14,850 bases of DNA from an uncultured Nitrososphaerales archaeon (GCA_963709405.1 CAVPXM010000004.1:1-14850), one strand, 5' to 3'. Shown: positions 1 to 8,941, counted from the first letter of the stretch. Notes: generated by a model not told the origin, from the letters alone. Made by a program: numbers and translations.

Positions 1-38
1 CTATCGGAATTTCATTTTTTCTGCACATCTTAGAATCT

Positions 39-707
39 CTACCATTTACGCATATCTCCTTCAAGTAGGCCTGCCCCGATATGAATTCTATCGATATGTT
101 TTGACAAATCTGCTTTGTTATCAAATTTTGATTCGCAATAAGGACATACGATCCTTATCACTTGTTCCGCCGAGCTTCCTGGAGTTGGGGATTCAATTTC
201 AGCTAATTCCAGACCCTCTGCTGGCATATTTCCTACTATCGACATTAGTGTTACAGCGCCGAGTGGGGCAATAGTCTTAACACTTGGTTTTAATTTCTCA
301 TCTTGCTTTGCTTGAGTGTTTTCAGAAATTCTTTTCGTTCCTGTTATCAATAATCTTCTTATGTGTTTTCTTCTCATCAAAGATATTGCATCTTTGATTA
401 ATACATCTTCGTCAACTGCAACAATTGGCGAACTCATGATCTCACCTATCGTAACTTTAAATGGATCTTTATTTTCGGCTATAACACGATACAGTATATC
501 CCGTTCTGTAATGATGCCGATAGGATAGTTCTCTGGTTCTTGTCTTTTTTCTTGTTGCTTCTTTAATGATTTTGTAACGAACACAGAAGATATTCCCTTG
601 TCTCTCATTATTTTTACCGCGTCTGTAATGATAGTATCTTCATCTAATGTAGCGAAATCCTTTTCGGCTATAGTTCCTATTTTCTGATTCATGGAAGCTG
701 AGTACAT
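39..707 (-). CDS. CBS-domain pair protein with C-terminal C2H2 zinc finger
   Basis: Two CBS repeats (DAVKIMRDKGISSVFV...IGIITERDIL; EIMSSPIVAV...DAISLMRRKHIRRLLI) followed by CPYC-x12-H-x4-H (CPYCESKFDNKADLSKHIDRIH). The start may instead be the ATG at 692 (MNQKIG). Confidence 0.9.
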   Translation of the reverse strand: MYSASMNQKIGTIAEKDFATLDEDTIITDAVKIMRDKGISSVFVTKSLKKQQEKRQEPENYPIGIITERDILYRVIAENKDPFKVTIGEIMSSPIVAVDEDVLIKDAISLMRRKHIRRLLITGTKRISENTQAKQDEKLKPSVKTIAPLGAVTLMSIVGNMPAEGLELAEIESPTPGSSAEQVIRIVCPYCESKFDNKADLSKHIDRIHIGAGLLEGDMRKW

Positions 708-965
708 CTGATATATACTGTATTACTAAAGACACCATTATTATGTTTATGACTTTATCACTATCTTAGGATTAACCGAAAATTCTTAAGAATATAGAAA
801 TAGCGTCGACCGAATGAGACATCTTTCACTTCACATTTCTAAGATATACGTAATTGCTCGAAGCCATCGTCAATTGGCTAGTACGATTACAGGCAGGCTG
901 AGTAGGCCGTTTGGTGTTGGATATGTTGACAATAAGACTGAAATAAGACCTGTTGATTTCGTAAA

Positions 966-1916
966 CTAGCTTGATCTAATCAGAATTGGTATGCCATCTG
1001 GATCGGAAACCAACAATTGATTCCGGTTTATCTGTTTGGATTCATTAGTACTACGCATACGTGAAGCAAGTGAGTTAACAAATGGTCTGTCTGGGATTAT
1101 TAGCGTAAAATAATCTAATCCGGCCTCTCCATTCAAATGACCTTTTCCATTTAGGCTAAACCAAGTATTCATCCCAATGTGATGATGATATCCACCTGCA
1201 GAAAGGAATGCCGCACCCATCGAGCTCCAATCTACTGTTATGTCCAGCCCAATCTTTTGGTGATAAAACTTTATAGATCTCTCAAGGCTTGTAACTCTAA
1301 GGTGTATGTGTCCAATTCTAGCTCCGGTAGGAAATGCTTTGTTTGCATTATCTTTTAGCTCCTCAGTGGTTATTTCAGCCAACAGAGAATTCAAATCTAA
1401 TGTAAGTGTATTCATCATGATCTGTCCTTCAATGTTCCGAGGCCATTCGTTACTTGGTCTATCACGATAAATTTCGATACCATTATCTTCAGGATCCCTA
1501 AGATAGAGTGACTCACTAACAAGGTGGTCTGCAAAACCATCATATCGTATTCCCGAGTTTTTTACTGCTAAATATGTTAAGGCAAGACTCTTTCTATCAG
1601 GAACGACTATAGCGAAATGAAATAGACCTGCTGCTATTCGTCCCGAATGTAGCGGCCTCATTACTGCATCTGGATCATGTTTTAGAATTAGAAGCGGCTC
1701 GTAAGGAGAAGAATAGTTGTTATTTTTGAAACCAAGTTCATAGATTGGATAATCACCATCACCATGGGTGTCATTACCAGAATTATTACATTTATAACTT
1801 CTATTAACCTGCAATCCAAGGCTGCTTTCGTAGAATGCTAACATGTTCTCAATATTTCTGACTCTTAGTACCGGAGGTCCAACCCTCATGTTGTCGGGTA
1901 TTTTATGAATGGCCAT
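966..1916 (-). CDS. catE: Two-domain VOC family protein, CatE/catechol 2,3-dioxygenase-like
   Basis: Family motifs GLFHFAIVVP, DHLVSESLYLRDPEDNGIEIYRDRP, IGHIHLRV and FLSAGGYHHHIGMNTW. Substrate cannot be shown from sequence. Confidence 0.88.
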   Translation of the reverse strand: MAIHKIPDNMRVGPPVLRVRNIENMLAFYESSLGLQVNRSYKCNNSGNDTHGDGDYPIYELGFKNNNYSSPYEPLLILKHDPDAVMRPLHSGRIAAGLFHFAIVVPDRKSLALTYLAVKNSGIRYDGFADHLVSESLYLRDPEDNGIEIYRDRPSNEWPRNIEGQIMMNTLTLDLNSLLAEITTEELKDNANKAFPTGARIGHIHLRVTSLERSIKFYHQKIGLDITVDWSSMGAAFLSAGGYHHHIGMNTWFSLNGKGHLNGEAGLDYFTLIIPDRPFVNSLASRMRSTNESKQINRNQLLVSDPDGIPILIRSS

Positions 1917-1949
1917 TGGTAATGATACGTGTTCCTCAGTTGGGATCTT

Positions 1950-1957
1950 TATTTATA
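1950..1957 (-). promoter_or_regulatory. Archaeal TATA box for the CatE-like gene
   Basis: Minus strand reads TATAAATA at 1957-1950, about 35 nt before the ATG at 1916. Confidence 0.5.
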
Positions 1958-2113
1958 TGAAGTCATCGATCGACTGACAAGGAAGAACTTGTGACAAATT
2001 GTCTGCTATTACAGCCATCCAATGTCTTCGTCGTGCATCATCAAATCCTTACTTTCACTTGACACCTAAAAGAATAAACAATAAGCCAGGCGAATTGTAT
2101 ACTGTCACACTAA

Positions 2114-2278
2114 GCACTTACTGGAGAATCTGTATACTTTGCCAAACGAGTTCTGATTAGACTAGCTACAAATAAATTCAAACCCAATCAAAGTGGGCAA
2201 GCTTTGCAAATGTTAAAGGATCGTAAAGGTGTAGTCAAATCTATAGTGGACATAAATTCAACAGTAACAAGAAAATGA
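2114..2278 (+). pseudogene. Possible degenerate C-terminal remnant of a Zn-dependent alcohol dehydrogenase
   Basis: Start-less open frame ALTGESVYFAKRVLIRLATNKFKPNQSGQALQMLKDRKGVVKSIV..., resembling from memory the MDR-ADH C-terminus (LAKRGxIxPxxxxxFKLDQAxEALQMLKDGK). Confidence 0.3.
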
Positions 2279-2321
2279 CGATAAAATCGGTAAGTGATTA
2301 ACAAACTGCCTTTTGGTCAGC

Positions 2322-3655
2322 CTATGCGGCCGGCAGATAGGCGAGTGCTGCGGAAGTGAGTGCACGCACGCCTACTCGAAGTGTGGATTCTGGCTGAGGT
2401 GCAAAGTTGGGCTGATGGTTGGAGGGCAAGTGTGCGAGCTTCGTTATAAAGGAATCACCAGGCGCTGCATCGTAGCGCTCCTGCGAGTGGCCGCCAAATA
2501 CCCAGTAGCAGTACGGAATCGGTTCTCCATCGTAGTGATGGCGGCCTGGAAGACCATACTGTGAGAAGTCCTCACTGAACATCATTGTGGGCAACTCGAC
2601 TATGTGATCAGAACCGAGGAGTGATGCATGGACAGCACGAATACGCTGGTCAATCGCCTCGCAGTTACTGGTGAGGGGAACCTCATCTGATGTGGTAATC
2701 TCAGGTGGCTTAGAAGCACGAAAGGCCTGTGCTTCTGCCTCTGCCATCCTGCGTATAGCGTCGATGATCTGCTGCTGGACAATTGTACTCTGTGTACGTA
2801 TGCTCAGACCGATGTGGGCTTCGTCAGGAATGACGTTGTGTTTTACACCAGCATTGACAAACCCTACTGTGATGATTGCTGGCACGTCTCCTGCAAGCTC
2901 GCGTGAACGGATAGTCTGCAACTTCATAACTAATGAGTAGGCCATAACTACTGGGTCGATCGTCAGCTCCGGCGAGGAACCGTGTCCACCTTTACCGAAT
3001 AGCCTCACATCAACGTCGATTGATGCAAACATGATTACTCCAGAATTATGTCCTACCATACCGGAGGCAAGCGGTAAAACGTGTTGGCCTAGACATATGT
3101 CAGGACGAGGGAATTTAGTAAACAGTCCATCACGTAGCATCGCCTTGGCTCCTTGCCCGGTTGGCCGCAGATAAACACGGTTCCACACCATGTTTCGCGT
3201 TCTCTGGCCAGAATCTCTGCCGTAGCGATCAAGCATGTTACGTGTATATCATGACCACACGCATGCATGACAGGCATTGTGTTTCCGTTCGGCATCGTGC
3301 CCACTGCTTTGCTGGCATAATCCAAGCCGGTACGCTCTTTGATGGGAAGTGCATCCATGTCTCCTCGGAGCATCACAACTGGACCGGCGCCATTGCGTAA
3401 GAGGCCAACCACTCCTGTATGTCCAACACCCTCAGTCACCTCATAACCTGCGTCACGAAGACGTCGTGCAAGGACTCTGGCGGTTCTATACTCTTGCATT
3501 GAAAGTTCAGGGTGCTTGTGCAGATCGCGGTATAATTCGTCCAATGCTGGCAAACGATCCTCGAGATCGGCGAGAACATGGGAGGTCAGTTTGGTAACGA
3601 CTTCGACCGACTCATTGGCAGATGACTGAGTACTCACACTCACGACTTCCTCCAT
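2322..3655 (-). pseudogene. M20D amidohydrolase (hippurate hydrolase/AbgB-like), frameshifted with loss of the catalytic EE motif
   Basis: The 5' part (ORF 3089..3655) has HPELSMQE, LRGDMDALP and MHACGHDIH. The 3' part (ORF 2322..3236) has GQHV, GKGGHGSSP, HNVIPD, SEDFS and SNHQPNF. The frames switch at about 3157-3162, where QP[AEE]TGQGA is expected and AEE is absent. Confidence 0.9.
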
Positions 3656-4056
3656 CTAGAATTTGGATTGAATAGAAATGTAGCCTTTGGTTGGGTCTCG
3701 TATGCCACTACGTAATTCGTGTTAGCTGCCTTATATAATGGATCTTAGATCTTAAGAAAAATATCTCCAGTTTCCTGTCAAACTTGAAACAAGATTCAGC
3801 AGATCTATATCATATTATTTTAGTGACTATTCATTCCTGTGCTCTTTGTACGAATTGTTGTCCAGTTCTGAGAAATCAGTTATACAAAATTCACACGACC
3901 TTAGAAGACTGCAACTCAGCAGCTAAAGAAGGGACGAGATAGAGCAGATAAGACTCCACTGAAAGAATCATGCCACGTGTGAGAACAAATATCAGGGAGG
4001 AGGTAATCAGCAAGTGAAAGAGAGTTGATGATGCGGCACACTTCCTGACATTTGCT

Positions 4057-4082
4057 ATCCGTCAAAAAGAAGACGGATTTTT
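4057..4082 (+). terminator. Intrinsic-terminator-like hairpin
   Basis: ATCCGTC-8 nt loop-GACGGAT (7 bp stem) followed by a T run. No intact + strand gene lies directly upstream. Confidence 0.35.
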
Positions 4083-4287
4083 ATCTACCAACCATATAGT
4101 TGTATGACTTTTGTACATATAGTTAGATGACACATTAATTTTTTTATGTAGGGACATTTCCGGCAGGGGGGCACATTTGCCTCATAAGAGAATTCACTCT
4201 TCCTAACAACAACACATTAAATTCTTTAATTGGATTCTGACTGGCAAAAGATAAAAACTCATAATTATAAATATAGATCAATAATAA

Positions 4288-4746
4288 ATGCAAGATACAA
4301 ACAGGAAGGATGAAAATGCTTCAACTGCGATCAAAGGAGTAGAATATCAAATCCCTCCCAAAGAGGGTTTTATCCTCACACACTTCCTTACCGTCGCTGA
4401 CGTGAAACGATCGGCAGAGTTTTATCTCCGGATTCTAGATGGGAAGGTTGTTACTGAAGGCGAACCAACCGTCATTCAAATCGCTAACAGCTGGTTGATT
4501 TTAAATATCGGTGGTGACCCAACTGATGATAAGCCTGCTGTGACTCTACGCACCCCTCAGAACCTTAATGAGGCCAGCAATTTTATGAATATTCGTGTCG
4601 CAGACATTCAGTCTTGTTACCAGGAGTGGCAAAAGAAAGGAGCCAAATTCCTCACCGAACCAAAGGAACATAAATTCGAGACTCGCTGCTATATGCGGGA
4701 TCCTGATGGCTATATCATAGAGGTTGGGCAAAGCAAAAACGTCTGA
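4288..4746 (+). CDS. VOC family (glyoxalase/bleomycin resistance) protein
   Basis: THFLTVADVKRSAEFY...MNIRVADI...RCYMRDPDGYIIEVGQ. TTATAAAT at 4265-4272 upstream. Confidence 0.9.
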   Translation: MQDTNRKDENASTAIKGVEYQIPPKEGFILTHFLTVADVKRSAEFYLRILDGKVVTEGEPTVIQIANSWLILNIGGDPTDDKPAVTLRTPQNLNEASNFMNIRVADIQSCYQEWQKKGAKFLTEPKEHKFETRCYMRDPDGYIIEVGQSKNV

Positions 4747-4790
4747 ATTCCTTTACCGGAACAATCAACTACAAAATGCCTTAAATATTA

Positions 4791-4809
4791 TTTGGGTATT
4801 TGACCCAAA
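4791..4809. other. Short inverted repeat downstream of the VOC gene (terminator or operator)
   Basis: TTTGGGT-ATTTG-ACCCAAA, 7 bp stem, about 45 nt after the stop at 4746. Confidence 0.3.
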
Positions 4810-4988
4810 GCCGGCTTACCTAGTCTAGTTATAATGTAGTGTGACTGGGTTTCAAAGACTTAGTCAATTTATCTAAAATCAGCGATATACTATTATATGT
4901 ATATCATAATGCAAGGCAAAGAACCATTTGTAAAGGAGAATGGATCTACAGTTCTTATCGAAAACGAAAACGGAGTGAGTCTACCTAT

Positions 4989-5928
4989 CTGATACCCATT
5001 GGGGAAGATTTAATCGTTAATGCAGTAGAATCAGTTAATAAAAGCGTCGTAAACATCGCTAGCACAAGACTACTACAAGATCATCTATTCAGGGTCTTTC
5101 CGGTCGAAGGTGTTGGCTCGGGTGTGATAATCGATAATCGATGTCATGTACTAACTAATAATCATGTTGTCGATGATGCTCAGAGACTAAAGATCACTTT
5201 ATCTGATGGAAGGATGTTTGGTGGAAACGTAATAGGAACAGATGAGATGACTGATTTGGCTGTAGTAAAACTAGATTCTACAGAAGCACTCCCATTTGCT
5301 GAACTAGGGAATTCCGATGATTTGAAAATTGGACAAGTAGTTATTGCGATTGGTAACCCATTTGGACTGACCGGAGGACCAACCGTGACAGCCGGGATAG
5401 TTAGTTCTTTAAACAGAAGTATACAAATCGATAATGGTGTACTTGAATTGATTCAGACTGATGCTGCCTATAAATCCTGGTAATTCAGGTGGGCCACTTG
5501 TAAATACTAAGGGTCAAGTCATAGGAATTAACACTGCGAAAATGCCTTATGCACAAGGTATTGGATTCGCAGTACCAATTAACAATGCTAAATCTATTGT
5601 AAGAGATCTTATCGAGCATGGCCGGGTTACCAACAGACCGTGGATGGGAATTGTATCTATTAAATTAACAAAACAGCTAGTACAATACTACAGACTACCG
5701 GTAGATCAGGGAGTATTGATAGCACAGGTAGAGCCTCACAGTCCTGCACACTATGCCGGATTAAGAAAAGGTGATATAATTGAAGAAGTGTGTGGCAAGA
5801 GGATAAATGATCCTTCACAGATTTCGTCGCTAGTTCGAAAAAAGCATATACATGAGCAGCTATTAGTAATCGTTAACCGATACGGAAGGCGATTTGAAAG
5901 TTCAATTGAGCTTCAGGCCCATCCCTAG
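4989..5928 (+). pseudogene. htrA: HtrA/DegP-like trypsin serine protease with PDZ domain, interrupted by a 1-nt insertion (possibly a sequencing error)
   Basis: The frame is open from CTG 4989 (LIPIGEDLIVNAVESVNKSVVNIAS...GVGSGVII). Catalytic His in LTNNHVV, Asp in TDLAVV, Ser in INPGNSGGP; PDZ in [33 protein letters not shown] shows one extra base at 5467-5469. Joins ORFs 5124..5483 and 5461..5928. Confidence 0.9.
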
Positions 5929-6282
5929 CTTAATTTCGGGGAGAACGATAATAACTTACCACACTAAACCGTAACGCTTGAATTTATTCAATGAGATAAA
6001 TTGTAAGAGAATCAGAAGATAATGTCTTCACGCACAAACCATTGTGATATACATGCCTCTTTGTCTTGTACTTGAACCTTTGATTCACTTTGTTGTAGTT
6101 CCTTATTAAGTCCTACTATGCATAATGTTCCAAGACCATTTTGTAAAAGTTATTTTAGGAGTCTTTACTCCTTACCATTGCTTGACCTGCTATAACTACG
6201 GTACATTCTAACGAAGGGCTATGCACTAGTCAAACATCTGTTATACGGCTATTCTCCGGTTCCTTGTATAAAGTTGTATAGG

Positions 6283-6298
6283 AATATCGCTAGCGATA
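6283..6298. repeat. Palindromic element, copy 1 (AATATCGCTAGCGATA)
   Basis: TATCGCTAGCGATA (6285-6298) is a perfect 14 bp palindrome. 6283-6297 is identical to 9074-9088. Confidence 0.6.
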
Positions 6299-6430
6299 AG
6301 AGATAGTCTATCATTCGAGCCGGATTATGGATTAAGCGCTTACCTCAATTTTGAAATGACCGACGATAATTGCCGCCTTGTTAACCAGCATCTTGGTATT
6401 CTGATGAGAATTAAAAAATGTAGGAATAGA

Positions 6431-6450
6431 GAGTTACTCAGAGTTACTCA
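6431..6450. repeat. Tandem 10 bp repeat of the quasi-palindrome GAGT-T-ACTC, candidate operator
   Basis: GAGTTACTCA x2, directly followed by TATAT and 30 nt before the ATG at 6481. Confidence 0.6.
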
Positions 6451-6480
6451 TATATCAAACCTTTTAAGTGAGATGGGTGC

Positions 6481-7191
6481 ATGAAATTTAACGAGATGGG
6501 GAGGCCTCATTACATTTGTAATGCATGCAGACGAGATTTCACGAGGATATGGAATGCAAATCGCCATAGACTTAATCAACACCATGGTTTAGCCGAGATA
6601 ATGCCGATTGGAGAGTTTTTACTTAGAGATAAGAGTCGTTCCAATAATTACTCCGAATATTCTAAACTGCCTCGGAGCATATACGATGGGTTCCCGCTTT
6701 CTAGGAGTAATACAGTAACATATCCAGATGAAGATAGACAAGAAACCTTCTTGACTGATATGCTGGTCAAATTAGCCCCCAAAGTCGTAGAATTAGATCT
6801 GCTTTTATCATCACAGTATACTACAGAAGTTAAGGAAAAAGTTCAGGGAACCTATATAATAAAGGCAATCGCTTCGCCAGATCCTATTTATCATATGGAT
6901 CAATTAGTAAAGAGCGTCAGAAGAGGTATAACAAGTGGCATGATGATAAAAATTGCAGCTAGATCTCTTGGCGTTCCCATCCTGCACGCTGAAAGAATAC
7001 TACAACAATTCTTGTCTAGCTCGCGTAGGACTAGAATTAATCGGATCGTGAGGAACGATCCTTATCATATTTATCAAAGAGAATTAGGTCACGATGTATA
7101 CGCATTCCAATCTATGCCATACAATTATCATCGTCAAATGACCTTTACAAGCCAATGGATTAATGAAGGATATCGTAAGTACTTCTATTAA
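6481..7191 (+). CDS. Hypothetical protein with N-terminal C2H2 zinc finger
   Basis: CNAC-RRDFTRIWNANR-H-RLNQ-H fits C-x2-C-x12-H-x4-H. The remainder looks helical and is not recognised. The start could be ATG 6496. Confidence 0.75.
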   Translation: MKFNEMGRPHYICNACRRDFTRIWNANRHRLNQHHGLAEIMPIGEFLLRDKSRSNNYSEYSKLPRSIYDGFPLSRSNTVTYPDEDRQETFLTDMLVKLAPKVVELDLLLSSQYTTEVKEKVQGTYIIKAIASPDPIYHMDQLVKSVRRGITSGMMIKIAARSLGVPILHAERILQQFLSSSRRTRINRIVRNDPYHIYQRELGHDVYAFQSMPYNYHRQMTFTSQWINEGYRKYFY

Positions 7192-7442
7192 AACCTAATC
7201 ATAGACCCAAATTCATGATCGTAAAAAGAGTGAGTCAGATGTCTTTGGTAAAGTTATAAAACTATGTAACAATATGCAAATCCTATCTTATATCTCAGTT
7301 GAACAACATGATCGTTGTAGATTAGCGGAGTTCTGAAACATAATATTGTAATAAAGGCAAATAATACCTTTGTAAGTAAACATCAGGGCATAGCATAAAT
7401 TAGTTAAATTTCCATATTATCTAGGTATGGAACACCAATATT

Positions 7443-8141
7443 ATGAATTACCACATTATACCTGATATGAAGCATTCCGCTCTTATTATTATTGATGTGC
7501 AACGTGATTTTACTGTACACGGTGTCACTGGTGAAATACCAGGGACATTTCATGCTGTGCCCTATATGAAGAGCCTAGTCAAAGAGTATCGTAGACTAGG
7601 ATATCCTATACTACATGTTGTACGACTTTACAGTGTGGATGGATCTAATGTCGACTTGTGTCGTAGACAAGCTATTGAAAATGGTAAGCAAATAGTAATT
7701 TCAGGAAGTGACGGAGCCGAGTTAATGGATGAGCTCAAACCCTCCTCAGAAGTCAGATTAGATTCAAACCTGCTGCTTTCCGGTAAACTTCAAAAGATTA
7801 GGCCTATGGAATGGATAATGTACAAGCCTAGGTGGGGAGCCTTTTACAATACACCATTAGAAAAACATCTGCATAGTTTAAACATCAATACAGTTGTTAT
7901 ATGTGGGTGTAATTTTCCAAATTGTCCAAGGACAACGATCTATGAAGCAAGTGAACGAGATTTCAGAATTGTTCTGGTTACGGATGCTACTTCGCTTGTC
8001 TATGATATAGACTTACGAGAGCTAAAAAGCGTAGGTGTATTCTTGATAAAGAGTAATGACTGTATATCATGGCTTGCTGATGTACAAAAGGGTATGGACA
8101 AGAAGTGCTCCTTGGAGCATAGAGTAACGAAACAAGTATAA
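7443..8141 (+). CDS. Isochorismatase-family cysteine hydrolase
   Basis: Catalytic triad motifs ALIIIDVQRDF (Asp), YKPRWGAF (Lys) and GCNFPNCPRTT (Cys), plus EASERDFRIVLVTDATS. Confidence 0.92.
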   Translation: MNYHIIPDMKHSALIIIDVQRDFTVHGVTGEIPGTFHAVPYMKSLVKEYRRLGYPILHVVRLYSVDGSNVDLCRRQAIENGKQIVISGSDGAELMDELKPSSEVRLDSNLLLSGKLQKIRPMEWIMYKPRWGAFYNTPLEKHLHSLNINTVVICGCNFPNCPRTTIYEASERDFRIVLVTDATSLVYDIDLRELKSVGVFLIKSNDCISWLADVQKGMDKKCSLEHRVTKQV

Positions 8142-8228
8142 GCATGATTAGTAACGTAGATAGAAAATTAAAACACATTAAAAATATTAACTGCTAAATT
8201 CTTTGTAAAATGTTACAAATATCAATAG

Positions 8229-8396
8229 TTAAAGATGGAATGTATCAACATATATTGTATTATTCATAAAATCTTCAGAAAACTGGTAGCCGTGTTTTGC
8301 AGCTGAACCTATCTTCTGCTTATCTATGACCTCTAAATTCTCGAAACGGTGGGATTTAAAATAGCTGCCTTCATAATGTAAAAACACATACATCAT
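8229..8396 (-). CDS. Possible 55 aa small protein downstream of the Zn-ribbon gene
   Basis: Manual translation MMYVFLHYEGSYFKSHRFENLEVIDKQKIGSAAKHGYQFSEDFMNNTIYVDTFHL, starting 22 nt after the upstream stop. No recognised motif. Confidence 0.2.
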   Translation of the reverse strand: MMYVFLHYEGSYFKSHRFENLEVIDKQKIGSAAKHGYQFSEDFMNNTIYVDTFHL

Positions 8397-8418
8397 TTTA
8401 TTTACGACTTCTGTTCAT

Positions 8419-8577
8419 CTAGCTACAGACATTATACAATCGGAAATTTTTACACATATCACATTTATCTACCGTGAACTTTCTATCCCATGAAGATTCT
8501 CCCAGCTCAGAAGCAGCAGCCTTTCCGATGCGTTCAAAGAGCAGGCCACACTGTTTGCATTGGTGAAGATATGACAT
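8419..8577 (-). CDS. Small CxxC...CxxC zinc-ribbon protein
   Basis: MSYLHQCKQC...DKCDMCK. I prefer ATG 8577 over 8631 because the Zn knuckle then sits at the N-terminus. Confidence 0.55.
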   Translation of the reverse strand: MSYLHQCKQCGLLFERIGKAAASELGESSWDRKFTVDKCDMCKNFRLYNVCS

Positions 8578-8746
8578 GACCTTATTTTTTCTACTTTGGC
8601 TGACCTTAGGATTAGATAACCTTAAGTTCATACCTATGTATATTCAACATAGTATTAAAGAATTGTATACTAATGTATAATTATAGAAACGCCTTATGTA
8701 TATACTTATATGTATCTAAATCTAAGGATATCTATCGCAATCTAAT

Positions 8747-8941
8747 ATGGCCTCGCAGACTAAAACAAAATTATACAAAGTTGAATCTAAATCTGCAAAA
8801 ACAGGAGTAAAAACTTATAGGCATTCAATATTTCTGGAAAAGGCCTTTGTAGAGGATAGTTTATTTCCTTTCAAAGCTGGTGAAAATTTAATTGTCACAA
8901 TAGATAAAGATAGACTTGTTATTACAAAGCTCAAAGACTAA
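8747..8941 (+). CDS. AbrB/MazE/SpoVT-like small DNA-binding protein
   Basis: 64 aa basic protein with swapped-hairpin pattern SIFLEKAFVEDSLFPFKAGENLIVTIDKDRLVITK. TTATAT at 8706-8711 upstream. Confidence 0.75.
   Translation: MASQTKTKLYKVESKSAKTGVKTYRHSIFLEKAFVEDSLFPFKAGENLIVTIDKDRLVITKLKD

Noticed and set aside
316-528. 70 aa + strand ORF
   Set aside because: Antisense shadow inside the CBS gene with no motif.
782-949. Palindrome ATTCTTAAGAAT (782-793) and AATAAGAC x2 (931, 942)
   Set aside because: AT-rich, not repeated elsewhere, and expected by chance.
2313-3597. ORFs 2313..2564, 2600..2782, 2671..2940, 3161..3400 and 3349..3597
   Set aside because: Alternate-frame or antisense shadows of the GC-rich amidohydrolase, where stops are rarer.
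5940-6250. Short broken minus-strand frames downstream of HtrA
   Set aside because: Multiple stops and no family I can recognise.
2092-8671. 12 bp match GAATTGTATACT at 2092-2103 and 8660-8671
   Set aside because: Matches of this length are expected many times in 15 kb of AT-rich DNA.
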